The translations under genes and the position numbers were made by a program. The notes beneath the pieces are model-generated. The model was not told where the DNA came from. It searched no databases and saw nothing but the letters and a program-made list of their open reading frames with translations. From NCBI GenBank assembly GCA_963805085.1, contig CAWDTA010000002.1, positions 960,001 to 1,024,000 on the forward strand: a DNA stretch of 64,000 bases, written 5' to 3'. Below are positions 1 to 8,359 of the stretch, one piece after another; within the stretch, counting starts at the first letter, position 1, and every line of letters begins with the position of its first letter. Source of the DNA: an uncultured Veillonellaceae bacterium. GTDB taxonomy: Bacteria > Bacillota > Negativicutes > JARBTT01.

Positions 1-2
1 CA

Positions 3-578
3 ATTTATAACAAAGACGGAAATTTAACTGTAATAAAAGGGACAAAAGCTGCTATAGAAAGAGATAAATATGATGATAAACGTCAGCAAATAGAAGAAAA
101 TTATTTTGGAACAAGTGAAGAACCTGTTGAAATTACAGATAAAGGATATACGTTTCATAAAAAAGCAATGGAATACAATGATGATGGAAAATTAACAAAA
201 ACGACTTATTATGATAAGAACGATAAAGAGATCAATGGCACGGCACCTAGTTCCAATAATTTAGGAATGACAAGATTTTATGGACGATGGTATATGGATG
301 GTCCAAGTATGGCTGAGTCTGGGCATATTATTATCAATGATAGAGAAGTTATTCGTGTTCCTTTGCACGATGTAGCTCGAATTCCCCAAAATACATGGAG
401 CCGAAATAGTTATACGGTAAGTTCTGTAAATATTAATCCAACTACGGGACAAGGTTATGCTATTTTAAGATTTAATGATGGTTCGATGAATCAATTTACT
501 CTCAATTCAGCAAATTCAATGACTTGGGATAAAGCTAAATATACTTGGAATAAACAATCAAATAGCACAATTTATTAA
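3..578 (+). CDS. 5'-truncated protein with YD/RHS-like Tyr-Asp repeats and a unique C-terminal domain
   Basis: Frame is open from the window edge (IYNKDGNL..KYDDKRQQIEENYFG..EYNDDGKLTKTTYYDKNDKEI) into ORF 168..578; recurring Y-[ND]-x-x-G pattern. Confidence 0.65.
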   Translation: MYNKDGNLTVIKGTKAAIERDKYDDKRQQIEENYFGTSEEPVEITDKGYTFHKKAMEYNDDGKLTKTTYYDKNDKEINGTAPSSNNLGMTRFYGRWYMDGPSMAESGHIIINDREVIRVPLHDVARIPQNTWSRNSYTVSSVNINPTTGQGYAILRFNDGSMNQFTLNSANSMTWDKAKYTWNKQSNSTIY

Positions 579-648
579 AATAGTTGCAGTAATTTTATTA
601 CCAATTAGGTCAAGTGACAGAATGACCTTTAGCTGTCAGGATGAAAAC

Positions 649-1023
649 ATGAGAAAGTATTTATTAAGTATGATAGCAGTATTTTGTTTAGTATTGGTGA
701 TTGGAACGGTACAGGTGAGTGCGCAACATTTTGATTACAATGAAGCATATAGAATTATGAATGGAAATTGGATGGATACAGCAACAGGAAAAAATTATAA
801 TTTTGTATGGCGCTCTCAAAATGGAGAAGAATGTAACATTGTTAATGAATATGGATATACAGATTCAAGAGGAGAAAGCTTGATATATTTTGATTATAAA
901 GGTGCTGTAGTCAAAATGTACGTTACATATTATCCAGATCAAGGTAAGTATTATGGAAAGGCATATATGAAGCTTGGTTCAGGTTCTTATAGTTCATGGA
1001 TTGACTGTCTAGTAAAAGAATGA
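649..1023 (+). CDS. Secreted hypothetical protein
   Basis: Likely start ATG 649 (MRKYLLSMIAVFCLVLVIGTVQVSA signal peptide, V-S-A cleavage); mature part rich in Tyr/Gly. Confidence 0.7.
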   Translation: MRKYLLSMIAVFCLVLVIGTVQVSAQHFDYNEAYRIMNGNWMDTATGKNYNFVWRSQNGEECNIVNEYGYTDSRGESLIYFDYKGAVVKMYVTYYPDQGKYYGKAYMKLGSGSYSSWIDCLVKE

Positions 1024-1061
1024 TGTTTTTTTTAAGCAATAACAAAGAATAATTTATATAA

Positions 1062-1436
1062 TTGATGGGAGAAGACAAGATTAAAATGGATACGATAATA
1101 AACTATGCTTATATTATACTGGTACCTATAATAGCAATCATCGGGACGTGGTACTATATGTCGAGTCATACAATAATTTCTACAGGTCCTGAGGGGGAAG
1201 CAAAAGGCTGTTTTAGCGTCTTTTTATCATTTTTAATAGGCGGAGCTATTCTTGTTACTTTAGGGATATATGCAATTGCATGGTGCATTGATTTTGTAAT
1301 GTTGCACTGGTTGTGGTTTGCAATACCGATAGGAATTATTATTGTGCTTATAGTCATAGGCTGTTTTGCTGGGGACGATAAGAATGAAAATGTTAATCAT
1401 GAAGCATCAAACAGTATTGATAACCAACAGAATTGA
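1062..1436 (+). CDS. Membrane hypothetical protein (about 3 TM segments)
   Basis: Three hydrophobic stretches and a polar C-terminal tail. Confidence 0.7.
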   Translation: MMGEDKIKMDTIINYAYIILVPIIAIIGTWYYMSSHTIISTGPEGEAKGCFSVFLSFLIGGAILVTLGIYAIAWCIDFVMLHWLWFAIPIGIIIVLIVIGCFAGDDKNENVNHEASNSIDNQQN

Positions 1437-1471
1437 AATAAGTTTAATAAAAATTTTATAGTACATATAGA

Positions 1472-1496
1472 GGCACTAGCTAAATCGGCTAGTGCC
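1472..1496. terminator. 9-bp hairpin
   Basis: GGCACTAGC-taaatcg-GCTAGTGCC followed by an A/T tract. Confidence 0.55.
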
Positions 1497-1577
1497 AATT
1501 TTATTTTAAGAAGAAAGTGGTGGTCAAATCATCGATAAAAATACATATTGACGTTTCAAAGAATAAGATTTATTAGG

Positions 1578-1618
1578 CAGCGAGTAAGCAAATTATTATA
1601 TGCTTACTCGCTGTTTTT
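1578..1618 (+). terminator. 13-bp hairpin with T tract upstream of the DUF932 gene
   Basis: CAGCGAGTAAGCA-N10-TGCTTACTCGCTG-TTTTT. Confidence 0.65.
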
Positions 1619-1687
1619 ATCTTTATTTATCAACAGAGGTATTCAATTTATTCACATGAAAATTAAAATGTAGAGGAGAAATGTAAA

Positions 1688-2812
1688 ATGAAACAGGGAA
1701 AAACTTTATTAGAATTAGGACAGGAATTGGAACGTCAAAGACGTGTCAGAAAAGATTTTATAGCAGATACTCGCAGTCTGATGATGACCACCGATGAACA
1801 TGGAAATAGTAAATTAGATTTAGATTTGGGCGATAAAAATCAAGTGTTCAAAGTCAATGAGCTTGCACATCAACAAATTGCCAGTAGATTGCAAATACCA
1901 TTCAGGTACTATCAAAAAATGCGTACAGAATATCCAACCCTTTTAGATGACAATGTAAATAGCTGGCTTGTACAGAATGCTGAACGTCGTATGGTTAGAG
2001 TCTTAGATGGCAGAGTTAGAGCTTTTCTAAGTGACCGTTATCGTAGATTGGATAATCTCGAATTGGCTACTAAATCTGTATTACCAACATTGCAAGGCAT
2101 GGGAAAAAATATTGATATTGTATCTTGCGATGTGACAGAAACGCATATGTATATCAAAGTCATCAATAAGAAACTTAGGGCTGAGGTAGCTGTAGGTGAT
2201 GTAATGCAAGCTGGTATGGTGATTTCAAATAGTGAAGTTGGGCTAGGTTCACTTAAAGTCGAACCACTCGTGTATCGTTTAGTATGTAAAAATGGCTTAA
2301 TTGTCAAAGACTTTGCACAAAAACGTTATCATGTAGGCAAGCAAATTGAGGGGGAAGAAGATTCCGCTTATGAAATTTATTCAGATGCAACACTCCAAGC
2401 CGATGATGAAGCATTTTTTATGAAAGTGCAGGATACAGTAAAATGCGCTGTAGATGAAACAAGATTTATGATAACAGTAAATAAACTTAAAGAAGCTAAA
2501 ATTGAATTTACAGGACAAGATCCAGTACATACAGTAGAAGTGCTGGCAGATAAATATATCTTAAATCAGAACGAACGTGGAAGTGTTTTAAGGCATTTCA
2601 TCATGGGAGCAGATAACTCAAAATATGGTTTGATACAGGCAGTCACTAGAGCATCACAAGATATTCCAGATTACGGCAGAGCTACTGATTTTGAAAGATT
2701 AGGCGGGGAACTGCTTGCCGTACCGCCAGTTAAAAGAAATCTTATTACTGCACCACAAGATGAACCAATTATGCAGAATGTAACGCCAATAAGAAACCGC
2801 TTAATGGCATAA
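1688..2812 (+). CDS. DUF932/DUF945-family phage/plasmid/ICE protein
   Basis: MKQGKTLLELGQELERQ, RAFLSDRYRRLDN, ISNSEVGLGS, YRLVCKNG, YGLIQAVTRASQD motifs; RBS GAGGAG. Confidence 0.8.
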   Translation: MKQGKTLLELGQELERQRRVRKDFIADTRSLMMTTDEHGNSKLDLDLGDKNQVFKVNELAHQQIASRLQIPFRYYQKMRTEYPTLLDDNVNSWLVQNAERRMVRVLDGRVRAFLSDRYRRLDNLELATKSVLPTLQGMGKNIDIVSCDVTETHMYIKVINKKLRAEVAVGDVMQAGMVISNSEVGLGSLKVEPLVYRLVCKNGLIVKDFAQKRYHVGKQIEGEEDSAYEIYSDATLQADDEAFFMKVQDTVKCAVDETRFMITVNKLKEAKIEFTGQDPVHTVEVLADKYILNQNERGSVLRHFIMGADNSKYGLIQAVTRASQDIPDYGRATDFERLGGELLAVPPVKRNLITAPQDEPIMQNVTPIRNRLMA

Positions 2813-2827
2813 AAGGAGAATAAAGAA

Positions 2828-3139
2828 ATGTATATTTCAACATGTTTAGCCTTTGAAGATTTAGAGTTAAATTTAAGCAATATAAACGAATGTATAGGCG
2901 TAAATTTGAAAAATCAAAACAAGTTACAAATTAGCCTGACTTTGAAGCCAATGCAGTGCAAAATCTTGGGTGAAGCATTACTGAATTTTGTAGGACAAAT
3001 GAAAGTGAATAAAGAAGTCTCTAGTTTTACAGGCACGATGGATGTGTTGTTTGAATTAGAAGCAAAAATGAAGGAGAAAGAAAAATTATGTCAGCTACAA
3101 AATTTAGTAGAAAATAAGCAGGCATTAATAAGCGCCTAA
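2828..3139 (+). CDS. Hypothetical protein (ICE-associated)
   Basis: AAGGAG RBS; 16 nt after the DUF932 gene. Confidence 0.55.
   Translation: MYISTCLAFEDLELNLSNINECIGVNLKNQNKLQISLTLKPMQCKILGEALLNFVGQMKVNKEVSSFTGTMDVLFELEAKMKEKEKLCQLQNLVENKQALISA
3066..3106 (+). repeat. Direct repeat, copy 1 (left of the ATPase cassette)
   Basis: AAATGAAGGAGaaagAAAAATTATGTCAGCTACAAAATTTA; the 26-bp core 3081-3106 is identical to 4506-4531. Confidence 0.85.
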
Positions 3140-3202
3140 TTTATAAAAAAATAGCGGTTTGTATTATTTATAAGGTAATATAAGAAAAATATTGCGGTAA
3201 TG

Positions 3203-3230
3203 TTGTGTTTTTATGCTAAAAGGGTATAAT
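3203..3230 (+). promoter_or_regulatory. sigmaA-like promoter of the ATPase gene
   Basis: TTGTGT-N16-TATAAT, followed by AAGGAGG RBS. Confidence 0.55.
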
Positions 3231-3252
3231 AAAAGAAAAAGGAGGTTGCATT

Positions 3253-4428
3253 ATGTTATTAAATCCTTATACACCAGGAGCAGGAGTTCCGCCAAGATAT
3301 TTAGCAGGACGAGATGATACTATGAAAAGTGCTGAGGAAGCATTAGATTATATTTCTCATGGATATTTTGCACGTTCTGTTGTTTATTATGGATTACGTG
3401 GTGTTGGTAAGACTGTTTTATTGAACCATATTGAAAATATGGCAGAAGAGCGGAATATTCATTTTGAACAGATTGAAATAGCAGAACGCGATTCTTTTAA
3501 AGGCAACATTTCCTTGCATATCTTAAAGCTTATCCGTCAAATGAGTATAAAGTCTAAAATGAAGCAATATATAGATAAAGCACTATCCGTATTAAAAGCC
3601 TTCTCCATAAAATATTCACCAGAGGGTGACGTAAGTGTTGGGATTGATCCAGAAATTATAACTGCGATTGGTGTATCGGATACAGGAAATTTTCAAAACG
3701 ATTTAACCGAATTGTTAGTAGCACTAGGTACGATTGCACAGAAAGAGGAATGTGGGGTTGCATTATTTATTGATGAAATTCAGTATTTAAAAGATGATGA
3801 ATTTGAAGCTTTGATTGCAGCGATACATAGAGTCAATCAAAAAGCATTACCACTGATTGTATTTGCAGCGGGTTTACCTAAAATTGCAAAAATAGCTGGT
3901 GATGTAAAGTCCTATGCAGAACGATTATTTCAGTTTGTTTCAATTGGTTCCTTATCTTATGAAGCGGGGAAATTGGCATTAACTGAGCCGGCAAGAAAGT
4001 GGAATGTAGATTATACCGAAAAGGCGATTGCGCAAATACTAGAGCTTACGGAATGTTACCCATATTTTCTGCAAGAGTATGGTAAGCAAGTTTGGGGGCA
4101 ATTAGTAGAAGAACGCACTATCAATGAAAAAATGGTAGAAGATGCATATGCTGACTTTGAAAAAAGCCTAGACGAGAGCTTTTTCAAAGTTCGCCATGAT
4201 AGAGCGACACCAAGAGAACTTGAGTTTATGCTGGCAATGGTGAAAACAGGTAAATTACCATGTTCTACGAATGACATTGCAGCGCAGATGAATTGTGCAA
4301 TGTCAACGGTATCACCACTTAGAGCACAATTGATTCACAAAGGATTTATCTACTCATCAAATCGCGGTGAAGTGGATTTTACCGTACCACAGTTTGATAA
4401 GTTTTTAAAAAGAATACATGGAATTTGA
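3253..4428 (+). CDS. P-loop ATPase (AAA_16/archaeal-ATPase-like) with C-terminal winged helix
   Basis: NPYTPGAG..P.YLAGR start, Walker A GLRGVGKT, Walker B LFIDEIQ, YPYFLQ, C-terminal RAQLIHKGFIY..RGEVDFTVP. Confidence 0.85.
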   Translation: MLLNPYTPGAGVPPRYLAGRDDTMKSAEEALDYISHGYFARSVVYYGLRGVGKTVLLNHIENMAEERNIHFEQIEIAERDSFKGNISLHILKLIRQMSIKSKMKQYIDKALSVLKAFSIKYSPEGDVSVGIDPEIITAIGVSDTGNFQNDLTELLVALGTIAQKEECGVALFIDEIQYLKDDEFEALIAAIHRVNQKALPLIVFAAGLPKIAKIAGDVKSYAERLFQFVSIGSLSYEAGKLALTEPARKWNVDYTEKAIAQILELTECYPYFLQEYGKQVWGQLVEERTINEKMVEDAYADFEKSLDESFFKVRHDRATPRELEFMLAMVKTGKLPCSTNDIAAQMNCAMSTVSPLRAQLIHKGFIYSSNRGEVDFTVPQFDKFLKRIHGI

Positions 4429-4442
4429 ATTATAAAACGACG

Positions 4443-4483
4443 AAAACCTGTTATGAATGTGAAAACATTTATAACAGGTTTTT
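4443..4483 (+). terminator. Intrinsic terminator of the ATPase gene
   Basis: AAAACCTGTTATGAATGT-gaaa-ACATTTATAACAGGTTTT followed by T tract. Confidence 0.75.
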
Positions 4484-4491
4484 GTTTTATG

Positions 4492-4531
4492 AAATGAAGG
4501 AGGAAAAAAATTATGTCAGCTACAAAATTTA
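4492..4531 (+). repeat. Direct repeat, copy 2 (right of the ATPase cassette)
   Basis: AAATGAAGGAGgaaAAAAATTATGTCAGCTACAAAATTTA. Confidence 0.85.
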
Positions 4532-5007
4532 TTTGTTCCAGTGCAAATCCATGAAAAAATAATCGTTCACTTTGGATGAAGTGTCAAAAGTTTATCATGC
4601 GAAAACAGCATAAAATTTGTATAGGTATGGTATTCAAATTATCAATGAGTAAATTTAGAGACAGAAACAAGAGGTGGATTGAACAAAGTGAAAGCCAGCG
4701 CTTTTAGACGCTGGCTAGAAATAGAGGATTAAAGACACAGTGAAAGCTGCCCGTTAGACGTGGAGTTATGATTTTATATGCGAAATGAGGTATGAAAAAT
4801 AAATCCTATTGTGTAGAGATTCATACGCAGAAGTATTTATTTTTAACAAAACAGGACTTATTGAACTGTATTAAGGTCTGCTTGCAAAAGCAATAATTTG
4901 AAAAAAATCCTATTATAGTAATGAAAAATAATATATGGAAGGATTTTGAATATATTTGACGAATTTTATAAGTAAAAGCTACCAAAATCTTATGATTTTG
5001 ATTCTAT

Positions 5008-5769
5008 CTATATATTAACAATATAAATTCCGAACATTTTTTCATAAAGATATTCATTTGTTTTGTCATTTGCTATTTGTCTTGCATGGTAAGTCAAATT
5101 AGCTTTGGAAAATTTGCGTGGATATATTATTTGATAGTTCTGTGCACCCGCTTTAAGCAGATTTTCTTCCATCTCTAAATGTGTAAAGGACGCATTTAGA
5201 GACCTTAAAAAGCGTTTTTGTTCATGAAGGTTTTTAATGGCATTTTTGCGTTCTTTTACTAAATCAATAGGACAGTCTCTTGCTAAATCAATGATATATA
5301 AACTACCACCTTTTTTTACTAATCGCATAAGGCTTATTAAGGATTTTATTGGATCAGAGAAATGATGAAAAGAGTCCATACATACTACAATCTCATTTTG
5401 CTTTTGGAAAGAATGCTGATATATATTTTGAACTTCAAATTTAATCAGGTCTTGCTTGTATTCTTCTTTAGCGGCATGAATTAATTCTTTACTACCATCT
5501 GTTGCAACTATATTTTTATTACCCGAATGATGATATAAGAAATGTGTAAGGTGTCCAGCCCCACAACAAACCTCAAGGATTGAATCTTGTTTTGAAGGAT
5601 TAAAACGCTCTACTATGTCATAGGCTATCATGCTATAGCTAAGAGTCCTATCGTCTTGTCTATGTGCATATAAGTTTCCTTCTGTATTGCTTATTATTTC
5701 TTCATCTTCTAGTATTCTCATTGATAGATTTGCTGTAAAATTTTCCGCTGTAAGTTCACTTATATCCAT
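5008..5769 (-). CDS. Class I SAM-dependent methyltransferase
   Basis: ILEVCCGAG motif I, DSFHHFSDP, KGGSLYIIDLARD. Confidence 0.85.
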   Translation of the reverse strand: MDISELTAENFTANLSMRILEDEEIISNTEGNLYAHRQDDRTLSYSMIAYDIVERFNPSKQDSILEVCCGAGHLTHFLYHHSGNKNIVATDGSKELIHAAKEEYKQDLIKFEVQNIYQHSFQKQNEIVVCMDSFHHFSDPIKSLISLMRLVKKGGSLYIIDLARDCPIDLVKERKNAIKNLHEQKRFLRSLNASFTHLEMEENLLKAGAQNYQIIYPRKFSKANLTYHARQIANDKTNEYLYEKMFGIYIVNI

Positions 5770-5868
5770 ATTTCTTACTCCTTATGCATATTATTAAAAA
5801 AATACAAATTTCTTCAAATATATATATTATTTGCTATTAATATATATAATCCTTCTAAAAATTTATAA

Positions 5869-7548
5869 TTGAGGCGTATAAATATGATTTATCCAATTAA
5901 TTTTAATATGTCCGGAATATTTTTATTGATATTTGTTTATGCATATCTCTATATTTTGTACCGGGAACGTTATATGGGAATATGGCTAGTAAGTTGGATT
6001 ATTTACTTTTTTCGTTCCTTCTTTTTGGATTCAGGAATGTTTAATTGGATGCAGACTTCATTAGGAATTGCAGCCTATCAAATCCTATCAAGTATTGCTA
6101 CCTTAATTTTCGCGTATGGTACACTTCGCTTTGTAAATAAGAAGTTAAATATTTATTGGTTATATGGTGTCGTTGGAACATTACTAATGAGCATGACATT
6201 TACTTCTTTAGAATTTTCTTTTCTTTATGCTATGCTTCCAGCCACATGGTTTTGCGGTATTGTATATATATGGGTAGGGATAATCTTTATTCGTTATTTG
6301 GATTTATCCGGAGCAGGTAAATTGATAACTGGATATACATTTATTTTGTTAGGTATTCATACTTTGAATAAGCCTTTTTTGGTGAATATAGATTGGATAA
6401 CTTCGTGGGGGTATCTTATCGCTGATGCTCTTCGGCTAATTATTGCTGTCGGTACATTGCTGGTGTATTTTGAAAAAACTAGAATGGACTTATCCAATAA
6501 AGAAACTCAATATCGATTGCTCGCAGAAAATGCCGTTGACATCATTTATAGATATAAATTGTTGCCAACAGCTCATTTTGACTATATTAGTCCATCTGTA
6601 TTTACGGTTACAGGATATAGCGACCAAGAATTTTATTCTAACTCTAATTTGTTATATAACTTGATATATCCAAATGACACACCTTTATTTCAGGATTTTA
6701 TCAATGTACAGCAAAGCACAGAGGATATAGCCTTTGCTTTCCAAATCACTCATAGAAATGGAAGTATAGTGTGGTTGGAGCATAAATTTTCTCATGTTTA
6801 TGATAAAGAAGGACGGGTTTTAGCTAGAGAAGGAATTTTTAGAGATATCACCACTCGTAAAAATTTGGAACAAATGACTATGAAATTGGAAAAACTGAAT
6901 ATAGTAGGGCAAATGGCAGTCAGTATAGCTCATGAAATACGTAATCCATTGACTACAGTATATGGGTATTTACAATTTTTGAAAAATAAGAAAGAAGAAT
7001 GCGTTAAGTATAAAGAGCAGTTCACAATTATGACTGAAGAACTAAACAAGGCTAACGTAATTATTAGCGAATATCTACTATTAGCTCATAATAAACGTGT
7101 TGAGCTAAAGAAGAGTGATTTAAATAAACTTATTAATCAATCGTATCCTTTATTACAAGTTTCGACTGGAACAGCCAATATACAAGTTAAACTTGACCTT
7201 GCTGATATACCTAACCTACACATCGATGAAAACGAAATTCGTCAACTTTTAGTTAATTTGGTACGTAATGGAGTCGAAGCTATGCCATCGGGAGGCAACA
7301 TTACCATTCGTACATTTCTAGAAAACGACAAAGTAGTGCTGGCGATTAATGATCAAGGGGCTGGTATACCAACAAATGTTCTGGAAAATATGGGAACACC
7401 ATTTCTGACAACCAAAGCAGAAGGCACAGGTTTAGGGCTGCCTATTTGCTACCAAATTGTCAACAGGCACAATGCTGTTATGGATGTGTCTTCAAACGTC
7501 GATGGAACTACTTTTTTCGTGCGTTTTAAAATAAACAGTGCCGATTAA
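5869..7548 (+). CDS. Orphan membrane PAS sensor histidine kinase
   Basis: About 7 TM N-terminus, PAS (YRLLAENAVD..GIFRDITTRK), H-box AHEIRNPLT, N/G boxes NLVRNG, DQGAGI, GTGLGL. Confidence 0.9.
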   Translation: MRRINMIYPINFNMSGIFLLIFVYAYLYILYRERYMGIWLVSWIIYFFRSFFLDSGMFNWMQTSLGIAAYQILSSIATLIFAYGTLRFVNKKLNIYWLYGVVGTLLMSMTFTSLEFSFLYAMLPATWFCGIVYIWVGIIFIRYLDLSGAGKLITGYTFILLGIHTLNKPFLVNIDWITSWGYLIADALRLIIAVGTLLVYFEKTRMDLSNKETQYRLLAENAVDIIYRYKLLPTAHFDYISPSVFTVTGYSDQEFYSNSNLLYNLIYPNDTPLFQDFINVQQSTEDIAFAFQITHRNGSIVWLEHKFSHVYDKEGRVLAREGIFRDITTRKNLEQMTMKLEKLNIVGQMAVSIAHEIRNPLTTVYGYLQFLKNKKEECVKYKEQFTIMTEELNKANVIISEYLLLAHNKRVELKKSDLNKLINQSYPLLQVSTGTANIQVKLDLADIPNLHIDENEIRQLLVNLVRNGVEAMPSGGNITIRTFLENDKVVLAINDQGAGIPTNVLENMGTPFLTTKAEGTGLGLPICYQIVNRHNAVMDVSSNVDGTTFFVRFKINSAD

Positions 7549-7593
7549 TTTATATTTTCATCCTACTGTGATTTTAAGTGTTACTTTTCTACG

Positions 7594-7671
7594 TTGATGA
7601 AAAAGAAAATATTGAAAGCTGTTGGATTTGGCAGGAAGACAAAATATGTACGATTTATGCAAGATGAATAA
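7594..7671 (+). pseudogene. Remnant of a C-terminal winged-helix domain
   Basis: Reads LMKKKILKAVGFGRKTKYVRF..*, resembling wHTH wing G.GR.TKY endings; no intact upstream frame. Confidence 0.3.
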
Positions 7672-7917
7672 AGGATTACAATTTTCTTTGCGGAGACATT
7701 GTAATTTTCGTTTGTTTTTGATGATTGTAAATAAGGTGTCAACACCTTAAAAAAACCTTAGCGTGATAAAAACAATGAAAAATAGGGTAAAATCACATAA
7801 GATATTGCCATAAATACCTATGTGGAGAAAAATGCATAAAAGGGCATGAAGCTATATAAATAAAGGCTCTATAGGAATATATTCTATAGAGGATTTTAGC
7901 TGAAAAAATTAGAAGCT

Positions 7918-7965
7918 TTGCTTCCCAAGCAAGACGCGAGGGTTCGATTCCCTTCGCCCGCTCCA
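7918..7965 (+). tRNA. 3' half of tRNA-Gly(CCC), att-site duplication, not a complete tRNA
   Basis: TTGC-TTCCCAA-GCAA anticodon arm, GAGGG-TTCGATT-CCCTT T arm, CGCCCGC-T-CCA end; no 5' acceptor strand or D arm upstream. Confidence 0.9.
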
Positions 7966-7976
7966 TAGAAACAACA

Positions 7977-8010
7977 AGGTCTCACAGAGTTTTCTGTGAG
8001 GCTTATTTTT
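7977..8010 (+). terminator. Terminator after the tRNA fragment
   Basis: CTCACAGA-gttt-TCTGTGAG followed by T tract. Confidence 0.7.
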
Positions 8011-8359
8011 ATGTGTGCCATTTTCTATATGAAATGCACGATTCGCATTTAACTAGATAAAAAATATGTAAAATAGCTATACATGCCAATAGTAAATTTA
8101 AGTTAAATCTCATACATTAAAGATTTGTAGAGTAGTTCCATCAGCTCATGGCTTCCTTTTGCAATGTTTTTGCGTCAGTGCTGGAACATTATGTAGCAGG
8201 ATATCTATGAGTTAATATTTTTTTGATTTTCAGCATTTTATGAACAGAAAATAAGATATTTAAACTTTTTTTTACAAATAATTATCTAAATAGAGGAATA
8301 TATACATATTATGTATAATTTTACTTCGTAGTATAATGCTTGGGATAGGAGGTTTTTCT

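Larger units (their letters stand above)
1..7965. mobile_element. Right end of a genomic island/ICE remnant integrated at tRNA-Gly(CCC)
   Basis: Ends at the displaced tRNA 3' fragment; carries DUF932 and variable cargo; integrase and intact tRNA are not in the window. Confidence 0.75.

Noticed and set aside
7890-7965. Intact tRNA-Gly gene
   Set aside because: No 5' acceptor strand (GCGGGCG expected) or D arm upstream; only the 3' half is present
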